Positions 26,411-37,008 of a DNA stretch of 50,430 nt are shown in pieces. The stretch covers positions 1 through 50,430 of the forward strand of contig JBFZCW010000139.1 of assembly GCA_041307765.1 (NCBI GenBank). Reading direction: 5' to 3'. The notes under the pieces are model-generated. The model was not told the DNA's origin, made no database searches, and saw only the letters and a program-made list of their open reading frames with translations. Position numbers and translations under genes: made by a program. This DNA comes from Chromatiaceae bacterium (GTDB lineage Bacteria; Pseudomonadota; Gammaproteobacteria; Chromatiales; Chromatiaceae). Position 1 is the stretch's first letter, and each line of letters starts with the position of its first letter.

Positions 26411-27922
26411 TCACCCAATTTTAAAGGGAAAGCGCCCATAAAGGTCGCTGAGCTCCCGCAGCCGTGCCGCCAGTTGCGGAGTGAGACCATTGTCGGCCAG
26501 GCGCCAAGTCCAATTTCCCTCTTTGGTCCCTGGGCGGTTCATGCAGGCCTCCGCACCCAGTCCAAGGGCGTCCTGCAGGGGGAATACGGCCGCTTCGGCC
26601 ACCGAAGACAGGGCAGCGCGAATGAAGTCCCAGTGGACCTCGGAGGCCTCAGTATTCAGGTAGCGACGGACGTGGTCGCGCAGCGCCTCCTCGGACGCCA
26701 TCCACCAACCGCGCACCGTATTGTTGTCGTGCGTCCCGGTGTAAACCACCAGCCGGCGCCGGTGGTTGTGGGGCAGATACTGGCTGCGCCCGAACCCGCT
26801 CGCGGTGGACTCGAAAGCGAACTGGAGGATCGCCATGCCCGGCAGCTCTAGTTCGTCGCGCAGGTCTTCCACATCCTCCGTGATGACTCCCAGATCCTCC
26901 GCGATCAGCGGCAAGTCCTCGCCCAGGACGCGGCGCAGGACCCGGAACAGGTCACGGCCAGGGCCCGGCACCCAGCGCCCGCGCACGGCCGTTTGCTCGT
27001 CACCCGGAATCTCCCAATAGGCCTCAAACCCGCGGAAGTGGTCGATCCGCACCAGGTCGACAAGTTCCAAGGTGTGGCGCAGGCGGTCCACCCAAAAGCC
27101 GTAGTCCTCCTCTGCCAACCGCTCCCAGCGATAGAGAGGATTGCCCCAGCGCTGGCCGGTGGCGCTGAAATAGTCTGGTGGAACCCCAGCGACGACTGTG
27201 GGCAAGCCCTGCCCGTCGAGTTGGAACCACTCCGGGTGACTCCAGACCTCGCTGCTATCGTGGGCGACGAAGATCGGGATGTCACCGACGAGGCGGATCC
27301 CCCGCTCATGGGCGTAGGCGCGTAGCCGTCGCCACTGGCGGGCAAATAAAAATTGCAGGAAGCGCTCCCGCTCGAGCCATTCGGCATGCGTCTCGCCCCA
27401 AGCTGCCAGGGCGGCCGGGTCACGCAAGGCAAGGCCGGTTGGCCAATCCGTCCACGGGCGCTGGTCATGGGCGGACTTAAGTCCCGCATAGAGAACGTAC
27501 GCGTCGAGCCAGTGGGCCTGTTCCCGGCAGAAGGAGCCAAAGGCATCGCGATCCGCCGCCGCAGCACGGGCCAAGAAGTGCTGGTACCCGCGACCCAAGA
27601 GGTCGAGCTTCCAGCGCCGCACCGCTCCGAAGGCGACATGGTCCAAGGGAAAGGTCGGGCCCGCCAAGTCACTTGGATCAAGCCAGCCGTCCTCGGCCAA
27701 CAGATCCGGGCTAATCAGAAGCGGATTGCCGGCGAAGGCCGACAGGCACTGGTAGGGGGAGTCGCCATAACCCGTCGGCCCCAGTGGGAGCATCTGCCAA
27801 AGTCCCTGGCCGGAGGCATCGAGGAAGTCCAAGAACCGATATGCGCCTGGCCCAAGGTCGCCGATACCGTAAGGCCCGGGCAGGGAGGTCGGGTGGAGGA
27901 CGATACCGCTGGTTCGATGCAT
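26411..27922 (-). CDS. malQ: 4-alpha-glucanotransferase (amylomaltase)
   Basis: 503 aa from ATG 27922 (MHRTSGIVLHPTSLPGPYGIGDLG, typical MalQ N-terminus). GH77 motifs GDIPIFVAHDSSEVW, VRIDHFRGF and VVYTGTHDNNT. The track ORF is over-extended to 28399. Confidence 0.92.
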   Translation of the reverse strand: MHRTSGIVLHPTSLPGPYGIGDLGPGAYRFLDFLDASGQGLWQMLPLGPTGYGDSPYQCLSAFAGNPLLISPDLLAEDGWLDPSDLAGPTFPLDHVAFGAVRRWKLDLLGRGYQHFLARAAAADRDAFGSFCREQAHWLDAYVLYAGLKSAHDQRPWTDWPTGLALRDPAALAAWGETHAEWLERERFLQFLFARQWRRLRAYAHERGIRLVGDIPIFVAHDSSEVWSHPEWFQLDGQGLPTVVAGVPPDYFSATGQRWGNPLYRWERLAEEDYGFWVDRLRHTLELVDLVRIDHFRGFEAYWEIPGDEQTAVRGRWVPGPGRDLFRVLRRVLGEDLPLIAEDLGVITEDVEDLRDELELPGMAILQFAFESTASGFGRSQYLPHNHRRRLVVYTGTHDNNTVRGWWMASEEALRDHVRRYLNTEASEVHWDFIRAALSSVAEAAVFPLQDALGLGAEACMNRPGTKEGNWTWRLADNGLTPQLAARLRELSDLYGRFPFKIG

Positions 27923-28170
27923 GGGTGAGTCCCTGTGGCTGGACATGGCGCCCTGACGCGAAGGCCGGGAGTCTAGCGGCATGGGCGCGCCGCCGCCAGC
28001 CTGCGGGGGGCCAGGGCTTGGCGCGCTGGGTCCGGGAGTCAGTGCCGAACCGTTCGGCCCCGTCACACTGCTCCCCCCTGCGCCATGTCGACGTCCCAAT
28101 CCCTTGCCGCGTGCCATGAGCCCATCGGCATTCCCAGGCCGACGCAGCAGCGACGGTCCGAAGCGCCCCC

Positions 28171-28674
28171 TCAGCCGAAGCCAAGGACCAGACCCTGCAA
28201 GGCCACCCACGCCAGCACCCCAGCGGCCAGGTCGTCGACCATGATCCCCAGTCCGCCCCGCATCTTGGCGTCCAGGACCCTGATTGGCCAGGGCTTCCAG
28301 ATGTCGAATAGCCGAAACAGGACAAACCCGGCTAAGACCCATCGCCAATCGGAGGGGGCCCCGGTCATTGTGACCAGATACCCAAGGAACTCGTCCCAAA
28401 CGATGGGGCCGGGGTCATGGTCCCGCAGCTCCCTCGCGGTCTTGCCGCAGGCCCAGACCCCGACCAAGAAGCCCCCGAGAAGGACCGTCAGGTACCAGCC
28501 GAGCGACAGCGGCTCCAACAGGAGGTAGAGCGGGACTGCGGCCAGCGTCCCAGCAGTGCCGGGCGCCCACCGGGACAGGCCCGAGCCGAGGCCATAGGCG
28601 ATCCAGTGGTTGGGCCGGCGCCAGTGGAACTGCAGTCGGACCCGCGGGCCCTCCTCACCCGGCAAAATGGTCAT
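28171..28674 (-). CDS. pgpA: phosphatidylglycerophosphatase A
   Basis: 167 aa. PgpA motifs GLGSGLSRWAPGTAGTLAA, DPGPIVWDEFLG, FRLFDIWKPWPI. Overlaps the thiL 3' end by 20 nt. Confidence 0.9.
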   Translation of the reverse strand: MTILPGEEGPRVRLQFHWRRPNHWIAYGLGSGLSRWAPGTAGTLAAVPLYLLLEPLSLGWYLTVLLGGFLVGVWACGKTARELRDHDPGPIVWDEFLGYLVTMTGAPSDWRWVLAGFVLFRLFDIWKPWPIRVLDAKMRGGLGIMVDDLAAGVLAWVALQGLVLGFG

Positions 28675-29608
28675 ATCCGGTCCTCACAAGGGCTAGGTCG
28701 GTCCCGTCCGGCAGGCGGCAGCGCATCCCGGGCTGCTGTTCGATCCGCCCGATGGCGGCAAGAGCGACACCCCCGGCAGTTACCAGCCGGGACAGGACGG
28801 CCCGCCGAGTCGGTGGCAGAGTGAAGCAGAGCTCGTAGTCGTCGCCCGCGGCCAGAGGAAGAGACCAGTCCCCGACCGCGGCGACGGCTTCGGATTGGGG
28901 GAGGCTTGCAAGATGGATCTCGGCCCCTACGCCGCTCGCCTCCAAGATGTGCCCAAGATCCGCCGCCAGCCCATCGGAGCAATCGATCATGGCGGAAGCG
29001 ACGCCACGCAGTGCAAGCCCCAGTGCAACCCGGGGCTCTGGGCGGTCGAGGCGCAACCGAAGCCCCTCGGCCACTAAGTCCCCCGCAAGAACCTGACGCA
29101 GGGCGAGCCCGGCATCCCCCAAGGTGCCGCTGACACACACCAGATCGCCGGGCGCTGCCCCGCTACGCCGCACCGCCTGGCCCGGGGGGACTAGGCCGTG
29201 GACCTGGATGCTGACGGACAGCGGGCCGCTGGTCGTGTCCCCCCCCACCACGGCCACGCGGTACCGCCGCGCCAGTGCATCGAGCCCGCGGCAGAAGCCG
29301 GCGAGCCAATCGGGCTTGGACTGCGGCAGCTCGGGGGGCAGGGTCAAAGCGAGGGTCGCCCAGGCCGGCTCGGCCCCCATGGCCGCCAGGTCGCTGAGGC
29401 CGACCGCCAGGGCCTTGTGTCCCAGGGACTCCGGATCGCAGTCCGGCAGGAAATGAACCCCGGCGACCAGTGTGTCGATGCTGACAGCCAAATCCTGTCC
29501 CGCCGGAACCCGGAGCAAGGCGCAGTCGTCGCCCACGCCCAGAACCACGTCCGCCCGCTCCTTGCCCATGCGGCCAAAATAGGTGCGGATCAGATCGAAT
29601 TCCGACAA
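28655..29608 (-). CDS. thiL: thiamine-monophosphate kinase
   Basis: 317 aa; TTG start (SEFDLIRTYF). AIR-synthase-like motifs GVGDDCALL, VSIDTLVAGVHF, VVGGDTT. Confidence 0.92.
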   Translation of the reverse strand: MSEFDLIRTYFGRMGKERADVVLGVGDDCALLRVPAGQDLAVSIDTLVAGVHFLPDCDPESLGHKALAVGLSDLAAMGAEPAWATLALTLPPELPQSKPDWLAGFCRGLDALARRYRVAVVGGDTTSGPLSVSIQVHGLVPPGQAVRRSGAAPGDLVCVSGTLGDAGLALRQVLAGDLVAEGLRLRLDRPEPRVALGLALRGVASAMIDCSDGLAADLGHILEASGVGAEIHLASLPQSEAVAAVGDWSLPLAAGDDYELCFTLPPTRRAVLSRLVTAGGVALAAIGRIEQQPGMRCRLPDGTDLALVRTGYDHFAG

Positions 29609-29691
29609 AGCGCTTGACCCGATGGTCGTATCGGCGAAAGGGCGGCAGAAGGAGACCGCGGGATCGGCCAGAGCCTGGAAGTGCCGCTGGT

Positions 29692-30195
29692 TCAGTGGGC
29701 TGGGGTACTGCTGACCATCTCCCGCCCCCGCACCTGGCGGGCAATCCTGTCCAGGACGCCATTGACGTAGCGGTGCCCCTGCTCGGCCCCGAAGGACTTG
29801 GCCAGATCGACCGCCTCGTTGATGACGACCCGATAGGGAATCTCGGGGCAGTGCACCAGTTCGTAGACACCCAGGCGCAGGATGGCCCGCTCCACAGGGT
29901 CTACCTGCTCGACTCGGCGGTCCAGCAGGGGCTGCAGCAAGGCGTCGAGCTCTTGGACGTGGCGCGGCACCCCTGACAGGAGCTGATCGAAGAGGTCGTG
30001 GTCGTAGACCCTCTCCTCAGGGTCACCGCGAGCCTCATCCTCGGCAGCCGCCGCCAGCGAGTCGGAGACCTCGCCCATCCAGATGGGATCGTTGACAAAG
30101 TGGCGACCGATCTCGCTCGGACTCTGCCCAGTGAGCTGCCACTGGTAGAGAGCAAGCATGGCGTAGCGCCGCGCCTGGCTGCGGCGGCTCGCCAT
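29692..30195 (-). CDS. nusB: transcription antitermination factor NusB
   Basis: 167 aa from ATG 30195 (SRRSQARRYAMLALYQWQL); LRLGVYEL and INEAVDLAK motifs. Starts 1 nt after the ribH stop. Confidence 0.92.
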   Translation of the reverse strand: MASRRSQARRYAMLALYQWQLTGQSPSEIGRHFVNDPIWMGEVSDSLAAAAEDEARGDPEERVYDHDLFDQLLSGVPRHVQELDALLQPLLDRRVEQVDPVERAILRLGVYELVHCPEIPYRVVINEAVDLAKSFGAEQGHRYVNGVLDRIARQVRGREMVSSTPAH

Positions 30196-30196
30196 G

Positions 30197-30667
30197 TCAG
30201 CCGATCTGCCGCAACAGGTTGACCATCTCGATGGCGGACATCGCGGCCTCGGCACCCTTGTTGCCAGCCTTGGTCCCGGCCCGCTCGATGGCCTGCTCGA
30301 TGTTGTCCACGGTCAGGACTCCGAAGGCGACCGGGACGCCGTGCTTGAGGCTTACATGGGCGATACCCTTGACGCACTCGCCGGCAACATACTCGAAGTG
30401 GGGGGTCCCGCCGCGTATCACGGCCCCGATCGCAATGATGGCGTCGTACCCGCCCTTGGCCGCGAGGCGCTCAATAGCCACCGGCATCTCGAAGGCGCCG
30501 GGGACGCGCACCAGCGTCATGTCCGCGTCCTCAGCCCCGTGGCGCTTGAGGGTGTCGACCGCCCCCATCAGCAGGCTCTCCACCACGAAGCTATTGAACC
30601 GCGACACCACCAGGCAGAAGCGGGCATTGTGGACGCGCAGGTTCCCTTCAATGGTCTTCATCATCAT
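30197..30667 (-). CDS. ribH: 6,7-dimethyl-8-ribityllumazine synthase
   Basis: 156 aa. Motifs [33 protein letters not shown]. Confidence 0.95.
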   Translation of the reverse strand: MMMKTIEGNLRVHNARFCLVVSRFNSFVVESLLMGAVDTLKRHGAEDADMTLVRVPGAFEMPVAIERLAAKGGYDAIIAIGAVIRGGTPHFEYVAGECVKGIAHVSLKHGVPVAFGVLTVDNIEQAIERAGTKAGNKGAEAAMSAIEMVNLLRQIG

Positions 30668-30723
30668 GGGCTCGGTTCTCCTGGAATTCGGAAAAAAGGG
30701 GAACGAATCCGGCCGGGTCCCGA

Positions 30724-31842
30724 TCAGGCCCCGCCGCCGACATATTCGACCACCTCGAGGTCGAACCCGGAGATGCCGTGCATGGCCTTGGGGGCGCTCA
30801 TGACGCGCATCTTCCGCACCCCCAGGTCCGCGAGGATTTGGGCCCCGATACCGTAGGTCCGAAGCTCGCTGCGATCCTGGCGGCGAGGCGGTATCGGGTC
30901 ATTCTCGCCGTGGATGTCGAAATCGCGTAGGCGTGCAAGGAGATCGCCCGCTCGGTCGCGGTTGCGCAAGACCACGATGACGCCCTCGCCATGGGCCGCG
31001 ATCTGCCGCATCACGTCCTGCAAGGGCCAGCCACAACTGGCATGACGGGTGGCGAACAGGTCGCACAGGGTATTCTGGATGTGCACCCGCACCAGAGTCG
31101 GGCGGTCCGGAGAAATGTCCCCCATGGTCAGGGCCAAGTGCACCTCGTTGTCGATGGTGTCCCGATAGGCCACCACCCGGAAGTCGCCGTGTTCGGTAGG
31201 CAGATCGCACTCGCACTCCCGCAGGACCGCCTTCTCGTGGTTGACCCGATAGTGAATCAGATCGGCGATAGTCCCGATCTTGAGTCCGTGCGCCTGGGCG
31301 AAGACCTCCAGATCTGGCCGCCGCGCCATGCCGCCGTCGTCCTTGAGGACCTCGACGATCACTGCCGCGGGGTGCAGACCCGCCAGGCGGGCCAGATCGC
31401 ATCCGGCCTCGGTGTGACCCGCCCGGACCAGAACACCGCCGGGCTGGGCCATGACCGGGAAGATGTGCCCGGGCTGGACCACGTCCTTGGCCTCGGCGTC
31501 CGGGGCGACTGCGGCGCGCACGGTGGTGGCCCGGTCGGCGGCAGAGATGCCGGTGGTCACCCCTTGGGCCGCCTCGATGGAGACCGTAAAGGCAGTGGAA
31601 TAAGGCGAGTTGTTGTCCGTCACCATAAGGGGTAGGCGCAGGCGTTCGCAGCGCTCCTGGGTCAGGGTGAGGCACACGAGCCCACGGCCGTGGGTGACCA
31701 TGAAGTTGATGGCGTCCGGCGTCACCCGATCTGCGGCCATGAGCAGATCGCCCTCGTTCTCGCGGTCCTCATCGTCCATGATGATGACCATCCTGCCCAA
31801 GCGCAGGTCTTCGATGATCTCTTCGATCGAGTTGAGTTCCAT
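30724..31842 (-). CDS. ribBA: bifunctional 3,4-dihydroxy-2-butanone-4-phosphate synthase / GTP cyclohydrolase II
   Basis: 372 aa. DHBP synthase motifs [19 protein letters not shown]-terminal cyclohydrolase II-like half. Confidence 0.95.
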   Translation of the reverse strand: MELNSIEEIIEDLRLGRMVIIMDDEDRENEGDLLMAADRVTPDAINFMVTHGRGLVCLTLTQERCERLRLPLMVTDNNSPYSTAFTVSIEAAQGVTTGISAADRATTVRAAVAPDAEAKDVVQPGHIFPVMAQPGGVLVRAGHTEAGCDLARLAGLHPAAVIVEVLKDDGGMARRPDLEVFAQAHGLKIGTIADLIHYRVNHEKAVLRECECDLPTEHGDFRVVAYRDTIDNEVHLALTMGDISPDRPTLVRVHIQNTLCDLFATRHASCGWPLQDVMRQIAAHGEGVIVVLRNRDRAGDLLARLRDFDIHGENDPIPPRRQDRSELRTYGIGAQILADLGVRKMRVMSAPKAMHGISGFDLEVVEYVGGGA

Positions 31843-32032
31843 GAGGAAGGGCCGTCGCCGATGGTCGAGGGAAAGCTAAGTAGATTAGCAGACTCTGAAG
31901 GACCTCGTCACCCGGAGCGCAGACCAGCACTCGCTAAGAGGGTGCAGACAGGATCCCACGCACGACAGCGCTGGTGGGCAAGACCATCGGGCGCGGGTCG
32001 ATGCTCAAGTTTAAGGAGTTTAGACCCCAGCC

Positions 32033-32698
32033 CTAACTGCCCCTGAGAAACCCATGCCGCGCTAGGAATGCCTCGTCTAGGCCGGAAACCCTGGGCTCGG
32101 CGGCCCGCTCGCCTAAAAGCAGACGTTCCAGGTAGCGGGCGATCAGGTCCACCTCCAGATTGACCCGGGTCCCCGGGCGATAGCCGCCGATGATGGTCTC
32201 GACCAGGGTGTGGGGGACGATGTTGAGTTCGAAGTCCCGCCCTTCGATCAGATTGACGGTGAGACTGGTCCCATCCATGCAGATCGACCCCTTCTGGGCG
32301 ATGTACTTGGCCAACTCCGCCGGCGCCCGGATGCGCAGACGCCAGGAGCGACCGTCGTCCTGGCGGTCGAGCACCTCTCCCACGCCGTCCACGTGCCCAC
32401 TGACGAGGTGTCCGCCCAAGGGCGTGGCCAAGGTCAGGGCCTTCTCAAGGTTCACCGGGCTGCCAGCCTTGAGCCCGCCCAACGTCGTCAGGGACAGCGT
32501 CTCGCGGGAGATATCGGCGGCGAACTCCCCGGCCCCGAGGGCCACCGCCGTCAGGCAGACCCCGTTGACGGCGATGCTGTCACCCAGGTTCACACCCGCC
32601 AGGGCGAGCTTGCCTGTGGCCACGGTGAGCCGCACGTCACCGCTGCGGGGCTCTAGGCGATTAATTTGACCAATCGCTTGAATTATTCCTGTAAACAT
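32033..32698 (-). CDS. ribE: riboflavin synthase (alpha chain)
   Basis: 221 aa from ATG 32698 (MFTGIIQAIG); the track start 32710 is a TTG. Duplicated lumazine-binding repeats (GDSIAVNGVCLT / GSICMDGTSLT). Confidence 0.93.
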   Translation of the reverse strand: MFTGIIQAIGQINRLEPRSGDVRLTVATGKLALAGVNLGDSIAVNGVCLTAVALGAGEFAADISRETLSLTTLGGLKAGSPVNLEKALTLATPLGGHLVSGHVDGVGEVLDRQDDGRSWRLRIRAPAELAKYIAQKGSICMDGTSLTVNLIEGRDFELNIVPHTLVETIIGGYRPGTRVNLEVDLIARYLERLLLGERAAEPRVSGLDEAFLARHGFLRGS

Positions 32699-32777
32699 TG
32701 TCTTAGACAATCTATTTAATGTGTTTCAACATCCAGGATGAGGCCCTTGGCTCGCCCGCAATTCGGCATCTGGCGCA

Positions 32778-33896
32778 TCACCCGAGACGCGCGGTCAGCC
32801 GCCAATCCGGCCCGACGGCCCGTACGTCGGTCAGGGCGAGGGGGAAGCGCTCGGCCATGCACCGGACCTCAGGCAAGTGGAAGAGGCCGCGGGCGGCGTC
32901 ACCCATCAGATGGGGGGCGAGATAGAGGACCAACTCGTCCACCAGACCGGCCGCCACAAAGGCCCCGGCCAGGGTTGGACCGGCCTCGATCAGGACCTCG
33001 TTGACCTCCTGGCCCGCAAGGTGCCGCAGCAGGGATTCGAGGTCCACCCGGCCCGCACCGTCGGGGCAGACATATACCTGTGCCCCCGCGGACTCCAGTA
33101 CGGCAACCGCTTCAGGTGGACAACCCGCGCAGGCGACCAGGGTGCCACCGGGGAGGGACAACATGCGCGCCGTGGCGGGTGTCCGCAGTCGGCTGTCCAC
33201 CACCACCCGCAGGGGCTGGCGCACGGTCTCGCCCGGCTCCAGGCCCGGAAGATCCATGCGGTCGAGGCGGACATTGAGCGACGGATCATCGGCCAGCAGG
33301 GTCCCCACGCCGGTGAGGATGGCGGAGCTGCGCGCCCGCAGGAACTGCACGTCGCGTCGCGCGTCCTCGGAGCTGATCCAGCGGCTCTCACCGCTGGCCA
33401 TGGCGGTGCGCCCGTCCAGACTCGCCGCGAGCTTGCATCGCACATAGGGCAGCCCCTGCGCCATGCGTTTGACGAAGCCGGGATTGAGGGCACGGGCCAG
33501 GGGCTCCATGATCCCCGATTCGACAGCGACACCGGCCGCACGCAGTAGACCAAGCCCCTGGCCGGCCACCAGAGGGTTGGGGTCTACCATGGCGGCCACC
33601 ACCCGGGCGACGCCGGATTCGATCAGGGCATCGGTGCAAGGCGGGGTCTTGCCGTGGTGGCAGCAGGGTTCCAGGGTCACGTAGGCCACAGCATCCTGCG
33701 CCGCCTGCCCCGCCTCCCTCAGCGCAATGCGTTCGGCGTGGGGCCCACCGGCACGCCTGTGCCAACCCTCCCCCACCACGGACCCGTCGCGCACCAGGAC
33801 GCACCCTACCCTGGGGTTGGGGTCCGAGGTGTAAACACCGCGCCCAGCCAGACGCAGGGCGCGGGCCATGAAGCCATGGTCGGCCGCGTCGCTCAC
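32778..33896 (-). CDS. ribD: bifunctional diaminohydroxyphosphoribosylaminopyrimidine deaminase / 5-amino-6-(5-phosphoribosylamino)uracil reductase
   Basis: 372 aa. GTG start overlaps the nrdR stop (GTGA). Deaminase zinc motifs HAERIAL and [14 protein letters not shown]. Confidence 0.95.
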   Translation of the reverse strand: MSDAADHGFMARALRLAGRGVYTSDPNPRVGCVLVRDGSVVGEGWHRRAGGPHAERIALREAGQAAQDAVAYVTLEPCCHHGKTPPCTDALIESGVARVVAAMVDPNPLVAGQGLGLLRAAGVAVESGIMEPLARALNPGFVKRMAQGLPYVRCKLAASLDGRTAMASGESRWISSEDARRDVQFLRARSSAILTGVGTLLADDPSLNVRLDRMDLPGLEPGETVRQPLRVVVDSRLRTPATARMLSLPGGTLVACAGCPPEAVAVLESAGAQVYVCPDGAGRVDLESLLRHLAGQEVNEVLIEAGPTLAGAFVAAGLVDELVLYLAPHLMGDAARGLFHLPEVRCMAERFPLALTDVRAVGPDWRLTARLG

Positions 33897-34444
33897 GGCT
33901 TGCCCTGACGCTTGGCCGGCTGGCCCTGCGTCGGAGGGTCCTGATCCAGGCCTTCCAGCAGATCGAGCTGATGGCGCCGAACCTCCGGGGTCGGTTGCCG
34001 CTCGAGCCGGTCGATCTCCTCGCGAAATGCGTTCACATCCTCGAACTTGCGGTAGACCGAGGCAAAGCGAACATAGGCGACCTGATCCAGCCCGCGGAGC
34101 TCTTCCATGACCAACTCCCCAATGCGGCGGGACGAGATCTCCCCCTCCCCGCCGCTCACCAGACGGCGGTTGATGCGGGCGATGGCGGCCTCGATCTGCT
34201 CGGTTCCCACTGGGCGCTTCTCCAGCGCCCGCATCAGGCCCGTGCGGAGCTTACGCCCGTCGAAGGGAACTCGGCTCCCGTCGCGCTTGACGACCCGAGG
34301 CAGGTTCAGCTCCGCCGCCTCGAAAGTAGTGAAACGCTCCGCGCAGACAACGCATTGGCGGCGCCGACGCACCTGGTCGCCCTCCCCGAAGAGACGGGAG
34401 TCAACCACCTTCGTGTCCTGAGCTCCGCAGAAGGGGCAGCGCAT
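33893..34444 (-). CDS. nrdR: transcriptional repressor NrdR
   Basis: 183 aa. N-terminal zinc ribbon MRCPFCG...C..C, then an ATP-cone. Confidence 0.95.
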   Translation of the reverse strand: MRCPFCGAQDTKVVDSRLFGEGDQVRRRRQCVVCAERFTTFEAAELNLPRVVKRDGSRVPFDGRKLRTGLMRALEKRPVGTEQIEAAIARINRRLVSGGEGEISSRRIGELVMEELRGLDQVAYVRFASVYRKFEDVNAFREEIDRLERQPTPEVRRHQLDLLEGLDQDPPTQGQPAKRQGKP

Positions 34445-34501
34445 GGCGTCAAGCCACCGGCCGCCAGCCGCCAGCCGCCAGCCGGTGGTCTCTCACCTGA
34501 C

Positions 34502-35758
34502 TCAACGCTCGTACACAGGGAACCGGGCACACAGGTCTAACACCTTGGCCTTGACCGCTTCGATCATTCCCGCATCTCCACGGTTGTCGATCAGGTCGCA
34601 CATCCAGCCCGCAAGGTCCCTGACCTCGGCGAGGCCGAAGCCGCGGGTGGTGACGGCTGGGGTCCCGACGCGGATGCCGCTGGTGACGAAGGGGGACTGG
34701 GGGTCGTTGGGGACGGCGTTTTTGTTCACCGTGATATTGGCGGCACCCAGCCAGGCGTCCACGTCCTTCCCCGTCAGGCCCTGGGCGATGAAGCTCACCA
34801 GGAAGAGGTGGTCGTCGGTCCCGCCGGAGACCACCTCAAAGCCGCGGGAGAGGAAGACCTCTGCCATGGCTTGCGCATTCTTGATGACCTGAGCCTGGTA
34901 GTCCCTGAACGCCGGCTCCATCGCCTCCTTGAAGGCAACGGCCTTGGCCGCGATGACGTGCATCAGGGGCCCGCCCTGGGTCCCAGGGAAGACCAACGAG
35001 TTCAGCCGCTTCTCGATCTCGGGGTTGGCCTTAGCGAGGATCAGGCCGCCGCGGGGGCCACGCAGGGTCTTGTGGGTGGTGGTGGTGGTCACGTCGGCGA
35101 TCTGCACCGGGCTCGGGTAGAGGCCGGCCGCCACCAGGCCGGCGACGTGGGCCATGTCCACCAGCAGATAGGCTCCCACGGCGTCCGCGATGGCACGGAA
35201 GCGCTGCCAATCCACCACCCGGGAGTAGGCGGAGAAGCCGGCGACGATCATGCGCGGCCGGTGCTCCTGGGCAAGCGCCTCGACCTGCGCATAATCGATC
35301 TCCCCGGTGGCCGGGTCGAGCCCGTACTGGAATGCCTTGTAGAGCTTGCCGGAGAAGTTGGGCTTGGCCCCATGGGTCAGGTGGCCGCCATGGGCCAGGC
35401 TCATGCCGAGGACGGTGTCGCCGGCCTCGCACAGGGCCATGTAGACCGCGGCGTTGGCCTGGGACCCGGAGTGCGGCTGCACATTGGCATAGGCGGCCCC
35501 GAACAGGGCCTTGGCCCGCTCGATGGCCAGGCGCTCGGCAACGTCCACATACTCGCAGCCGCCGTAATAGCGCTTTCCTGGGTAGCCCTCGGCATACTTG
35601 TTGGTGAGCACAGTCCCCTGGGCTTCCATGACCCTTGGACTTGCGTAATTTTCCGAGGCGATGAGCTCGACGTGCTCCTCCTGGCGTCGCTCCTCCTCAC
35701 GGATGGCCTGCCACAGCACATCGTCATAACCGCTGATCTGCATGGACTTCTTGAACAT
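34502..35758 (-). CDS. glyA: serine hydroxymethyltransferase
   Basis: 418 aa from ATG 35758. Motifs [19 protein letters not shown], and PLP-lysine context [14 protein letters not shown]. The track ORF is over-extended to 35881. Confidence 0.96.
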   Translation of the reverse strand: MFKKSMQISGYDDVLWQAIREEERRQEEHVELIASENYASPRVMEAQGTVLTNKYAEGYPGKRYYGGCEYVDVAERLAIERAKALFGAAYANVQPHSGSQANAAVYMALCEAGDTVLGMSLAHGGHLTHGAKPNFSGKLYKAFQYGLDPATGEIDYAQVEALAQEHRPRMIVAGFSAYSRVVDWQRFRAIADAVGAYLLVDMAHVAGLVAAGLYPSPVQIADVTTTTTHKTLRGPRGGLILAKANPEIEKRLNSLVFPGTQGGPLMHVIAAKAVAFKEAMEPAFRDYQAQVIKNAQAMAEVFLSRGFEVVSGGTDDHLFLVSFIAQGLTGKDVDAWLGAANITVNKNAVPNDPQSPFVTSGIRVGTPAVTTRGFGLAEVRDLAGWMCDLIDNRGDAGMIEAVKAKVLDLCARFPVYER

Positions 35759-36093
35759 GGGCTGGCCCTCTGAAAAAAGCGTGTTAGTGTAGCTCAGAAG
35801 CGGTGACGTTGGGGGGCCGACCGCGGCTGCCGCACCGACTGACCGGCCAGGGCCCCTCGCCGCCAGATTGATGTTCGTCAAGCGCCCGGCCCGCAGGTGC
35901 AGCTAAAGTTTGGTCAGGACCTGTAGGCCCCCGCCGGCGCCTTCTTCGGACCATGGCCAAACGGTCCTCCTAGATCCTGGATCTCTGCCGGAGCGCCCCC
36001 TGTATGACCACTGCCCTGCCGAGTCGCGCCGCTGGCGGCGCCCTGGTTCCCAACCCCCAGCGGCCTGATCGAGGCGTGCCGCGCCTGCGGGGA

Positions 36094-36780
36094 ATGGCGG
36101 CGGCCGCCTGCGTCTGCGCCGCACTGGCGTGGCTGCCCGCCGCCTCAGCGGACTTTGCCCTGCCCGACATCGAACCCGACTTGTTGACCGGCAAGGACAT
36201 CAACGGCGTTTGTGCCGGCTGTCACGGCGACGACGGTCAGGGCGGGAAGGAGGGCGAATATCCCCGCATCGCCGGGCTGCCCTTGGCGTACATCTACAAG
36301 CAGGTCAAGCTGTTCCAGCGGAACGCCCGGCCTAACCTACCCATGCTGGAGCATGTGCACGAACGACAGCTCAGCGATGAGGAGATCCTCGACATCTCCG
36401 CCTACCTGTCAGGCATCAAGCTGGCGACCCGCCTCACGCCGATGGATGAAACGGATCCAAGGTTCAACGCCTACGAGCGCATGATGGAGCTGCGCCGTAT
36501 TGTGCAGATTCCAACTTACGCGGGAGACGTGGCAGCGGGCCACAAACGTTACGCCAAGGAATGCCGCAGCTGCCATGGCGCGGACGGCTGGGGTGACCCC
36601 GACCAGGACGTGCCCCAACTCGCCGGTCAGTACTCCCAATACCTGTGGCGCCAAATCGACAAATACCGCCGCGGCCTCCGCATCCATGACCCAGAGGCAC
36701 CGGAGGACGACATCCTGGCCGACTTCACCCAAGAGGAATTGGGGGACATCCTCGCCTATCTGTCTGTGGTAGACGACTAG
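36094..36780 (+). CDS. dihaem c-type cytochrome (c4-like), exported
   Basis: 228 aa from ATG 36094 (signal peptide MAAAACVCAALAWLPAASA). Two haem sites CAGCHG and CRSCHG, each followed by PRIAG / PQLAGQ motifs. Confidence 0.8.
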   Translation: MAAAACVCAALAWLPAASADFALPDIEPDLLTGKDINGVCAGCHGDDGQGGKEGEYPRIAGLPLAYIYKQVKLFQRNARPNLPMLEHVHERQLSDEEILDISAYLSGIKLATRLTPMDETDPRFNAYERMMELRRIVQIPTYAGDVAAGHKRYAKECRSCHGADGWGDPDQDVPQLAGQYSQYLWRQIDKYRRGLRIHDPEAPEDDILADFTQEELGDILAYLSVVDD

Positions 36781-37008
36781 GCCCGCCGTGCCAACCCGGC
36801 CGGGGCTCCCTCCTCGCCCTGCCCTCAACCTGCCCAGATTGGACGGAGCCCGCTGGCGCTGGATCGGCCCTCCGACATCGCCTGACCGGCACACTCGCCC
36901 GAATGGCGCCAGGCCCCGGCGCCACGGTACTGGTCGGCCCTGGCTAGCCATGGAAACGCTGTGGCGCGACAATCAAAGCCCGAGCCCCGCGGCAGTGCCA
37001 TCAACGCG

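Noticed and set aside
31843-32032. FMN riboswitch upstream of ribBA.
   Set aside because: I could not find the conserved RFN core segments on the minus-strand RNA by eye, so it is not called as a feature. It is kept only as an unexplained-spacer finding, to be tested with Infernal.
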